Below, piece after piece: positions 13,437-23,180 of a stretch of 64,000 nt of DNA. The notes under the pieces are model-generated. The model searched no databases. It saw nothing but the letters and a program-made list of their open reading frames with translations, and was not told the DNA's origin. Numbering within the stretch: position 1 is the stretch's first letter; every line of letters begins with the position of its first letter. This DNA is from Pseudogymnoascus verrucosus (Eukaryota), in the NCBI GenBank assembly GCA_001662655.1, contig KV460238.1, one strand, 5' to 3'. The position numbers were made by a program, and so were the translations under genes.

Positions 13437-13917
13437 AGTGATAAATACGACAGATAGAGACCTCACAAAGAAGGCTCTTGCTAGAGAGCTTGAAGATAGA
13501 TAGAAATATGCAACGCGGACATAGCTAAAGGGGTTATAACCTATACAAGCCATAGCATAGCCAACTTTCCTCCGCCTCCTTATGAGAGCCATAGATACAT
13601 ATCGGGTCTACGAATGGAGTGATATTCGTAACTGCCGTTTTCCCTACCGGCGTCCCGACGTTCGCCGTCAGCACCACATGCCAGCGCCGTAGCCGGGCTC
13701 TCGGCTTCTGCAAGGCAGGCCTATAGAATTAACTCTTGACATGATTAATGTAAAAAATACGAGCGCGAAAATATCTAGTGCACCGCAACGGAAGATTACC
13801 AATCTATGAAAAGGTCCAATTAATATAAATTATATGAGTAAACGCGACCCGTGCCGTAAGCATCGGAAACGCTAGCACCTTCGGCGCCAGCGACTATGCA
13901 AATTGGACCTCTGATAC

Positions 13918-14364
13918 CTTTACCAGCCTCGTAAGGCCAGCCAATCGCAAAATTTACTATTTTATATCCAATCAATTTACTGGGTTAGCCGTAATGTCAT
14001 ATGGTTAATGTCATATAGTTAAGAATAATCCTAAGAAGTTCTCGAAGGATTCTGTCGGCCGGCACTACAAGAGTCTGACCCGCCAAGGCACCCGTTGTCA
14101 ACCCGGTTTGAGCCTAGCAGTGCCAATTAGAAACAAGCTTCTTTACCCATCAGCCTCACTAAGCCGGCCAATCGTAAAATGAACATTTTATATCCAATCA
14201 ATTTACCAGGGTTAACCATAATGTCATATAATTAAGATAGAGCTATGCAAGAAGTTCTCAAAGGGTTCTATCCGCCTGCACTACATTAGTCTGACCCGCC
14301 AAGGCACCGGTTGTCAACCCCGTTTGAGGTTAGCGGTGCCAATTAGGAATAAGCTTCCTTACCA
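13918..14364. repeat. Diverged tandem duplication of ~220 bp in the shared GH55/GH18 promoter
   Basis: Shared blocks in both copies: ttttatatccaatcaatttac, aatgtcatata.ttaaga, aagaagttctc, gtctgacccgccaaggcacc.gttgtcaaccc and gtgccaattag.aa.aagcttc.ttacc. Confidence 0.9.
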
Positions 14365-14532
14365 CATTTAGACATATCAAAGTAGCCAAACCGCTAGTGG
14401 TCTATTAGTACCCACCGTTATGTCAACGAAGGATCAACGTGGATCAACGCAGGATCGGCGCCCTGACAGATTCAGTAGCGGATCGGCCCACGCTTGATTC
14501 AGGTCGACGTTTACTTAGCCACATATTGATTA

Positions 14533-14627
14533 GACATATGTTCCGGCCGTGAGATTTGCCCGCTCATAAGCTGACCGGCCAGCTCACGAGGGAGAATAAC
14601 TCACGGCTGGGCCGGAACACATATGTC
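14533..14627. repeat. Imperfect inverted repeat (hairpin) of ~95 bp
   Basis: Left arm gacatatgttccggccgtgag...agctg pairs with right arm cagct...ctcacggc...ggccggaacacatatgtc around a 6 nt loop (accggc). Confidence 0.8.
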
Positions 14628-15104
14628 AAGTCTGCGACGATCGGATCTGTAAGCAGTTTACACCATGAGTGTCTGAACAGTAAGCCGGCTTATTCTTGAC
14701 AGTGTCAAGGACGGTAAGCAACGTGATAACCGCGGTTCGGCAGTTCTTCTAATGCAACCCTTATACAAGTCCAAACATTGTTATGAGGCGTCATATAGGG
14801 ATGTGGATGCTCCGTGGGCTACTCACTTAGTCTCGGTCAAGGGTTGAACATACTACAGTCTCTCTTCATGACACATGATCCTTCGGAATAGACGGAAATG
14901 TAAGGCGCTTATTACAGAATTGTAAGTGATTAGCAATGGCTAATTGTACATTCTCTCCGAGCCGAGATCCCTTCGGGGTTTGCGAAGCAGGAGGACCTTA
15001 GACTCGCTTTTTCAACATCTCTCACCTCATCCCCACCATTCACCTCTCTCCATGATTCAGACCTCAGCGACCTGTCTCTTTGATTTCTAGACAAACTTCG
15101 CACA

Positions 15105-18100
15105 ATGGTGGCATCAAATCGCCTCCTACCGTATGCTCTCTGGGCGCTTCTGATATGCCTCCTAGGTCTCAGCAATGCCCAGGACGCCCCAGAGTGCAGC
15201 GCATCACTACCATGTACAGCGGGATGTTGCAGCAAATTTGGATTCTGCGGTTTAGGACCGGACTGTAAGAAGTTGCCCAAGCACGAGAGGAGCCAACCTC
15301 TTACCCCAGAGCAAAAGTTAACCTTGTATTACAGACTGCAGCAAGGATGTATGCGTCAATAACTGCGACCGCAAAGCTGATTGCGACCCGGGAGGTTATG
15401 GCAAAGACTACGTGCTCAAGACCACATGCCCCCTAAATGTTAGGACCGCTATCTATTCGTAACATTTCTGTCCTAACTGACATGTCTATATAGGTCTGCT
15501 GCTCTAAATATGGCTTCTGCGGAACAACAAAAGAGTTCTGTGGCACGAAAACCGTGAGGCGGCCAAGCTGTGACATTGACCAGAAAGGCAAGTTCAAGCG
15601 TGTTGTGGGATACTATGAGAGTTGGGCCACAGGGCGGCCGTGCAATCGCATCTACCCAGAGCAGATCCCTTCAGACATCTACTCCCATATCAACTTCGCC
15701 TTTGCTAGCATCGACCCCACCACTTTCGAGCTTGTCCCCGCCGATGTAGCAGATATTGATCTGTATAAGCGCGTGGCCAATCTCAAAGCCAAGGATATAA
15801 ACCTCAAGGTTCTCATCTCTGTGGGCGGCTGGACCTTCAACGACCCAGGTCCCACGGCCACGACTTTCTCTGATATTGCAAGAGATGAGACGGCTCAGAG
15901 GAAGTTCATCGACTCGGTGCTCAGATTCTTGCAGACGTATAACTTTGACGGCATCGACATAGACTGGGAGTATCCTGAAGCTGAGGATCGGAGCGGGCGC
16001 GGCGAGGATTTCGCCAACTTCCCTAAGTTTATGAAAAATATAAAGCAGACTCTCAAGAGCTATGAGGTCAGCGTCACACTCCCGGCGTCTTTCTGTAAGT
16101 TACGATGGCTCTTTCTTCAGCCTTAGTCTCTAGTCCCATCCCGATTTCTAGTTGACTCCTCAATCGAAACGTCTCTAAAACTCGCTATAGGGTACCTTCA
16201 ACACTTCGACCTTAAGAATCTCGCACCACACGTCGACTTCTTCAACATTTTGACGTACGACTTCCACGGCGTGTGGGACAAGCTGAACAAATGGGTCGGC
16301 CCGTATCTCAACTCTCACACCAACCTAACGGAAATCAAAGACGGTTTGGATCTCCTCTGGCGCAACGGCATCGACCACGACAAGGTGTCACTAGGCCTCG
16401 CCTTTTACGGCCGCGGATTTATAGCCAGCAGTCCCACTTGCCTCGAACCGGGTTGCACGTTCGAGTCCGGGACTGACGCCCAGTCGTGCAGCGCTGAGGT
16501 CGGTGTGCTGCTGAACTCAGAGATCGACGGCCTAGTCGCTGAGCAGAACTTAAAGCCCGTACTAAACAAGGACGCCGCCGTCAAAATCCTGACATGGGGT
16601 GGTAACAACTGGCTTACCTATGATGACGAGGAGACGCTGCAGATGAAGGCAGATTTTGCACGCAGCGAGTGCCTTGGCGGAGTCATGGTATGGGCAATCT
16701 CACATGATACGCAGGACATGAAGTACAGCAATGCTCTGTCGGGTGTGGCCCCAAGGCTGTTTAATTCCAAACTTTATCGGGGCAGCGTAGGTAACGGAGA
16801 TAATGGATATGTTACGGATGAAACGGACTATCAACAGTGTAGGTGGACAGGTTGCAACGAGGACTGCCCAGGAGACTGGATCCGTATGATGAGGAAGGAT
16901 GACGGCGCTAGGCGTGACGAGTTCATGGTCAATGGAGCGGGGTGTGGTGGATATGGTGAACAGTATGTCTACGTCTAGTGTCTCCCTGATCTAAGCACTT
17001 CGTCTGTGCTAACTCCTTCAAAGCAAGCTATGTTGCCCGCCAAGTGCCAACGTGCCCACATGCGGGTGGTACTCACATAGGAACGGCAATTGTGATAGTA
17101 AGTACCGATTCGCTCCATTCCCTATAATTCACAAACGCTCCTCCCACTAACTTCCCCGTAGATGGCGAATCCTGCCCAGCCGGCACAAAGGAAATCGGAA
17201 GCAACAGTGAATACTGTCACCCTAGCGGATTCTACTCGCCGATCAGGTCCTACCAAGCTGCATGCTGCACTACCGACACCGACAGTATGGTGTTATATTC
17301 CCAGTGCGACTGGTCCGCGAAAGTATCCCTCGGAAACTGGCCGGATTGTTCCAAGTCGTCGTGCAGTAATGATGTGGTCGCTTACTCTGGTGATGGCAGC
17401 GGCGAAGCCACCTGCTGGGGAGCCTGGTACGAGCAGCTAGGAGACTCACAAAAGAACAAGTACTGCTGTGATCAGCCTGATGATAACAAGAAATGGTCGG
17501 ACTGCGAGTGGCAGGGTAAAACAGACGTGAGTGATAATATACGGCCCCGTTTCTTTATTCTAAAACGCTACCATTTTGTAGTTCGATGCTTTAGCAGGGA
17601 AGATGCTAACTATAGAATGTTATTAGATCATTGACGAAGACACGGGGTTGCACATTTGCACGGGGGAGTGCTCGGGGGGCCTTATTATGGTGGCCGCGCA
17701 GCAGGCGGGATGCTCGGGTGGGGGGGCTGAAGTGAGATGCTGCAAGCCGAGCTACAAATCATTACAGAAGAGGTATCAGAACAGCGAAGATGATGAGTTC
17801 GCATACTATCTAAAACGTGAGTTAAGCTACTTTTTTTTCAACGTGACATATTGTGTGGTTCTGCCTAGTTGCTAACATGTTTCTGTTTGTAGGTTACATG
17901 GAGAATCCATTCTGCTCGGCAAATATCTTCAACTCTAACGGACTGCGAAAGCGTATTGACTCACCAGTATCCGACCTAGCTGTCACAGCTAGCAATGGTG
18001 AGTTAGGACCTTAGATGCTTTCAACAGTCGAAATCGGAGTTAACAGCAGATGCAATCTCTTAGGCACCGTGATTAAGCGTCAATTTAGCCCAGATATTGT

Positions 18101-19643
18101 GGCCCAGGACTACGCGGAGAAAATGGCCGAGGAACTCTTTATTGGAACGCCGCGACAATCTACCATAGATATATGGGATAACACAGTGGTTCCCTACTTT
18201 GATAACCTCTCCTATGCTAACCTCCATGACTACCAGATGGGAGCCGGACGTAACGAATTCCTGCAGTATGGAAGTACGCAATGGCCCTGGTATATCACCT
18301 GCAATATGGCTACCCTACAAATCGCAATGTCGGGCAATGGAGGTGACTCGGACCCGGGCTCAGGCTCCTGCACGACAACCTGCGTGTGTGTTAGGGCCGA
18401 CTGCTGCAGCGAGGATGACAGTGAATGCATCAACTCTAGCGAAGATGGGTATGACACCGTTTCCAAAAGGGCCGCAAAAAACTACGATTGGACGGCCTTC
18501 GATTATAGGACAGGTGCTAGACAGTCTCTTCCTTGGAGAGCACCAGATGTATGCCTTACTTCACTCTATTGACGTAACCTCTTAGAGACCAACAGCTAAC
18601 TAATCTAATTAGTATCCTTCACCAAGCAATTTGAACAAGATTAAGGAGCGCAGCAAATTCGCCGAATCGTACACATACGATCCGAACTGCGCTAGCTTCC
18701 GCCCTGTCGTGGTCGATTCTTTACAGGACGGCAAAATTGTTGATGGATTCGAAAGCAAGTCCGCCCTAAATATGACCATACTTGTTTCTGGCCCTAACTC
18801 TGTTTATTAGACGATCACATATTTGAGCGCAAGATGCTGCCTGTCTGGGGCGACAACGCGCTCCAGGGATACCTCGCAGGCAATGAAGACGCCAGCCATC
18901 GGGTACCGTACGATTTCTTCACAATATCCTTGCAACAAATCGACGCATCAGGCGCCACTATCCAAGACCGTATGATGATTGCGCTTGGGAGCAACACGAA
19001 CCGCGACGTGATGACGTTACTAGTTAAGGACTTAAACCTCGTAAAAGAGAGGGTAAGGGGTTCCTAGGACCTAATGTTTTGACGTTGAAACGACGAATGT
19101 TTAGCTGACAGCTTCTAGTTATGGACTACCACAGAATCCCCTATCGGCGACACAATGATGGAAAATCTAGTCTATGGAACAAGCACAATCACGGCATGCC
19201 CAAATCAGGGAATGGACAAAATCAGAAAAGTAAGATATCCCCTAGCAAGGCAGACCTATAGAAACAAATCGACTCACTATCTTCTCACAACACAGGTCCT
19301 CATCGTCTACCGATGGCACATGGAGCGAGAACCGCATAGACGCCTTAAAAATGTCATGAATAACCTTCGAGCTCTCCTCCACGAAGCAGACCTACACTAC
19401 GAGAGAACACACAACGGCCAGAAATCTTACGCAGTAGAGCACTTTGACGCCTGGACCAAGACGACATTTGAGGTAATGAGGGATAGAATCAAGGCTTGGG
19501 GCCAGAATTGGCTAGACGAACTGAACATACCTGCCATCACTAATAGTTATGTGGGTAATAGCATTCGACAGAACCTAGTTATTGCCTACGGCAATATCCC
19601 TGACATTGACACAACGGACTTTTACGTCCCAGATTATTCATAG
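15105..19643 (+). CDS. Subgroup C (killer-toxin-like, class V) GH18 chitinase: signal peptide, CBM18/hevein modules, GH18, Cys-rich region and a C-terminal putative HNH-like domain (about 13 exons)
   Basis: Signal peptide MVASNRLLPYALWALLICLLGLSNA; hevein-like CCSKFGFCGLGPDYC and CPLNVCCSKYGFCG; GH18 motifs RVVGYYESW, SVGGW, intact catalytic FDGIDIDWEYP, TYDFHG and LGGVMVWAIS. Canonical introns plus one GC-AG intron (18755-18810) keep the frame open to the TAG at 19643. Confidence 0.88.
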
Positions 19644-19835
19644 TTAGATGGCAGAGGAGCTAGGAGACGTTGATCCAGTGGGTTCGGTCTTAGGGGACCT
19701 AACTGCCAGGACAAAAAGACGGTCAGATGTTGTAATCTATCCTTAAAGATGTCACTGTATCTGCAGCAAAATGATACTATCCCCTATTATTGATAGAAGT
19801 GCGAGGTGTTGCGGAAATCATCGCTGAAGTCCATA

Positions 19836-20120
19836 CCCCTGGTTCTTGTGCCGCCTAGAAGCTCGAGGGGCTGTACTGTGATGTACATAGCTGAGAATCG
19901 ATGCTAGAAATTTGAGCTAATGGTATTTCTCTCTTTACCTGTATTTCCAAGTAATTAATGTGACAATACCAGTCCCTTGCTCTTGTGCTGCCCAAAAGGC
20001 CGCAGAGGGACTGTACTGTGCTATACATAGCCGAGGATCGATGCTAGCAATTCAAGCTAATAGTATTTCTCTATTTATCTCCATTTTTAAGTAATTAATG
20101 TGATATTAATAGCCCTTGGT
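19836..20120. repeat. 140 bp tandem duplication between the convergent chitinase and unknown gene
   Basis: ctgtactgtg occurs at 19871 and 20011. Shared blocks atcgatgctag, agctaat.gtatttctct and aagtaattaatgtga recur with a 140 bp period. Confidence 0.9.
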
Positions 20121-20277
20121 TAATATTTTAATTATAGTTGCCGTAATCACCGCTGCCATCCACAGTCCTTCTTCCGACTTTTGGGCGGCACGAGTAGATG
20201 GCCAAAGCTCTACCTTCTATTGCTGTCTAAGACATTCTCTTATAAAAAGGTCCTCTCATGTCGCTGTTCATATAGAC

Positions 20278-21267
20278 TTAACTCGGGGAATACCACAACT
20301 TCCCAGATCCATGGGGGATCTCCGTGCGTTCAAAGGTGTATAACCACTTCCCACTTGCCCTAGTCCTCTCAAACCATGCATCCGGGATGTCTTTAGTACA
20401 CAGCTTCATCCATCCATCATAGTTGTCGCCATCCCCGCCGCCCTGAAATCTTTTTACGGCCTGCGAGTCAACCAGCCAGACATACGAGTGGCAATAGAGA
20501 ACGTCCCGAGCCTACACGAACACAGTTTAGCATTCCCACATGATGAATAGGAGGGATGGCTTACACGTCTTTCCTCGCGAGATACTAGTTCTAACGACGG
20601 TGTCTCCTTGGGAAGTGTGGCGAGCGAGCGAAGCGAGCCCTCGTCGATGACTAGGAAGTCGCAGAACCTAGCGCTATCTTGGATGTTGAATTCGGCATTG
20701 CTGTCGACATCACCAACGGCATTGCAAAGCCAAGAATCAAAGGCGTTAGTGAGCGCCTTGATATCATCTTGGCTAGCGTTGTCAAGGTCAGGGACGTTTA
20801 TCTTCTCCAAGTCCACGTCAACTTCCTCAAGTATGAAGCGGCGCCCAAGCTCTTCATTGACTGAGCTGTCGCTTTTGTTCGTAGCCAGACGGTTAAGGTG
20901 AACAAAGTACTGCGTCACCCAGCGCCTTAGATTTTCTAACGCAATCGGCCATAGTGTGTTAGACTCATCTGAGTATGTTGTGCGTAGTACTAGTTTTGTC
21001 AGATTATGCCAGATCATATCGAATTAATCAAGGTTGTATAATACATAACGAATAAGTGAATGTGATGGCGTATTTACCTGTGTAGCCCCACGATCCTTCA
21101 GCGTATCTGCCTGAGTTTTTATATCTGCACATGGAGTCGTTCATCATACTGAACCACCACATGGCCTGTGTATCCTTATCACGATTGAACATTGGTAAAG
21201 TATGCGCAGATAATTCGCGGGATGGTTTGGGAAACGTTTCTTTGATAGACATTATGGATGGATGCAC
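20278..21267 (-). CDS. Uncharacterised cytosolic fungal protein (~282 aa, WGYTVLRTTY...GWM type), 3 exons; candidate immunity protein
   Basis: Exons 21267-21078, 20989-20565 and 20511-20278 splice in frame through GT-AG introns: ...SWGYTVLRTTYSDESNTLW...ARFCDFLVIDEGSLRSL...YVWLVDS...YDGWMKL...WYSPS*. No signal peptide. Confidence 0.75.
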
Positions 21268-22097
21268 TTTCGCAAGGTAAATATTCGAAACGGGGGTGTA
21301 GGAAGCCTGATGTAGATATAAAAGTGATTATGGAGGTAGTAGAAAGGAGAATTAAAAATGTTAACTAAAGATAAGTTAATGTGATTTTTCGTGCGTGTCC
21401 TAACTTCCTGGTATTGTACGAGGCTATGGCCTGTACTTATAATGGAGCTCAAGCCACTCTTCCGATCGCCCTAACGCACGAACCACCCACGCCCCCTTGC
21501 GTCGGGTCCAGCCGCCAGGGTCGTCGGACTAAAACAAACGGCGGGTTTAACACCCATCCCATTTCTATTTCGAACCAAGCTGTCAATTGTTTGCCGTTTC
21601 TCGGGCTTCCTGTCGCCACAACACGCCTTGAGCGACAAGCGACGGAGACGAGAACTAGTCTTCGACTTGGCTTTGGCTTTGCGGGATAGGGAAGGGAGAG
21701 AGAGGGTGAGGCGCGGACTTGGGCGAAACTTTCACGGACACTCGATACTCGCTCATCCTCTCGGAATTGCCAATACACCACCGACGCTAAAGAGACGCTT
21801 GCTCGGGGCTTCTACAACATTGGAGAAGCGGCTTGAAAGGGAGTAGAGCGGTTTGTTTGACGCCAACACCGAGACGAAGACGGAGTTCCCGGTGCCTGGG
21901 TAACAAAGCGAACAGCAGGCAAGGGGCGCAACGAGGGACACAGATCGAACAGACACACATCCGCAATACGCACATACTCTTCTATTGAAACGGAAGAAGA
22001 GAACTACACGCCCAAGAGGCAACATAACCATCATCCGTCGACCAGCCAGACCTCACGACCACCTCCAAATCTCCCACCCGCACAAACCACCGCAACG

Positions 22098-22718
22098 ATG
22101 CCGACACGTCTCGCATCTCCTCCGCCACCACACGCAATGAAACGCAAGCGCGACGACACAGGCTCCCCACACGTAACAACAGGAGAAGGAAGGAGTATAC
22201 TCAAACCCCGCCTCCTACGAACCGGGAGCGTCAAACGGGTCCGCTGCGATGGGGAGAGCTGGCGGCGGCGCGAGGGGGATGGGGGATGGGGACTATGGGA
22301 CCAACAACGTGATAATTTCTCAGAGGATGGAATGGAAGATGGAAAGAATGGATGGGGAGGGGGGAACCAGGTGGCGATAGGGGTGAAACTCGACTTATCG
22401 CCCTGTGTGGTGTGTGCGCGCCGGCCGCGGGTGAAGGGGGATTTACTTGGAGGCGGGTTTGGGGCGTGTGATGGGTGTGGGGGAAGGGTGTGCTGTATTT
22501 GTGTTAGGCGGTGTGATGGGGGTGGAAGGGATAGGGTTGGAGAGATAGGAGAGGAGATGGAGGAGAGTGGTGGGGAGGGAAATGAAGATGGAAGAATGCA
22601 ACGGGAATGGGGAGGTGGCGCGTCACATTGCGAGGTTATTTGCAGTCGATGTTGTGTTGAGAGGGGGGAGGAGGGGGAAGTGCGGTGTTTGGGATGCCTG
22701 TGGAAGGAAGGAGAATGA
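22098..22718 (+). CDS. Hypothetical protein with a basic N-terminus (MKRKR) and C-terminal CxxC clusters (possible Zn-binding)
   Basis: 206 aa ATG ORF containing CVVC, CDGC, CCICVRRC, HCEVICSRCC and CLGC. Confidence 0.65.
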   Translation: MPTRLASPPPPHAMKRKRDDTGSPHVTTGEGRSILKPRLLRTGSVKRVRCDGESWRRREGDGGWGLWDQQRDNFSEDGMEDGKNGWGGGNQVAIGVKLDLSPCVVCARRPRVKGDLLGGGFGACDGCGGRVCCICVRRCDGGGRDRVGEIGEEMEESGGEGNEDGRMQREWGGGASHCEVICSRCCVERGEEGEVRCLGCLWKEGE

Positions 22719-23180
22719 GACCGTGTCTTTTCTTCTGGGAAGGGGGGATGTGCCTGGATGGCGTCCTTGGGGGGCACGATGTATATATAAATATTATACC
22801 CAGGTGGTCTATCTGGGATGCACGTGGGAGCGGTGCGATTGATATCAACGACTGGGAGTCACTCAGTTAGTATCATATTACTAGTTTGGCGACACATGGC
22901 TGTCGCCATCCCAATGAACAACACATTTACTATACACAACGGGCCCTTTCAGAGCCTCCGAGTCATCGTGATGTAGGCACTTGAGTGAGCACCCGTCTCC
23001 GGGCTGGGAGGCGGGTGGCTAAACAGCATACTTGGCCAACTCACGCAACTATCACGGTTAGGGAGCATGGGCGACGTTGGATTTCGAAAGTAGATAGGGA
23101 CGAGACCTCCAATAAGATTACTATAAATACATCCCTACATGCAACCCATATATACGCGCATCATAACACACTACCGCCCT

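Noticed and set aside
13918..20120. Repeats as a CRISPR-like array
   Set aside because: Only two-copy diverged duplications without a repeat-spacer structure; eukaryotic context and no cas genes.
8500..21450. Toxin block as a Starship or transposon cargo
   Set aside because: No tyrosine recombinase captain, transposase, terminal inverted repeats or target-site duplication could be identified at the edges.
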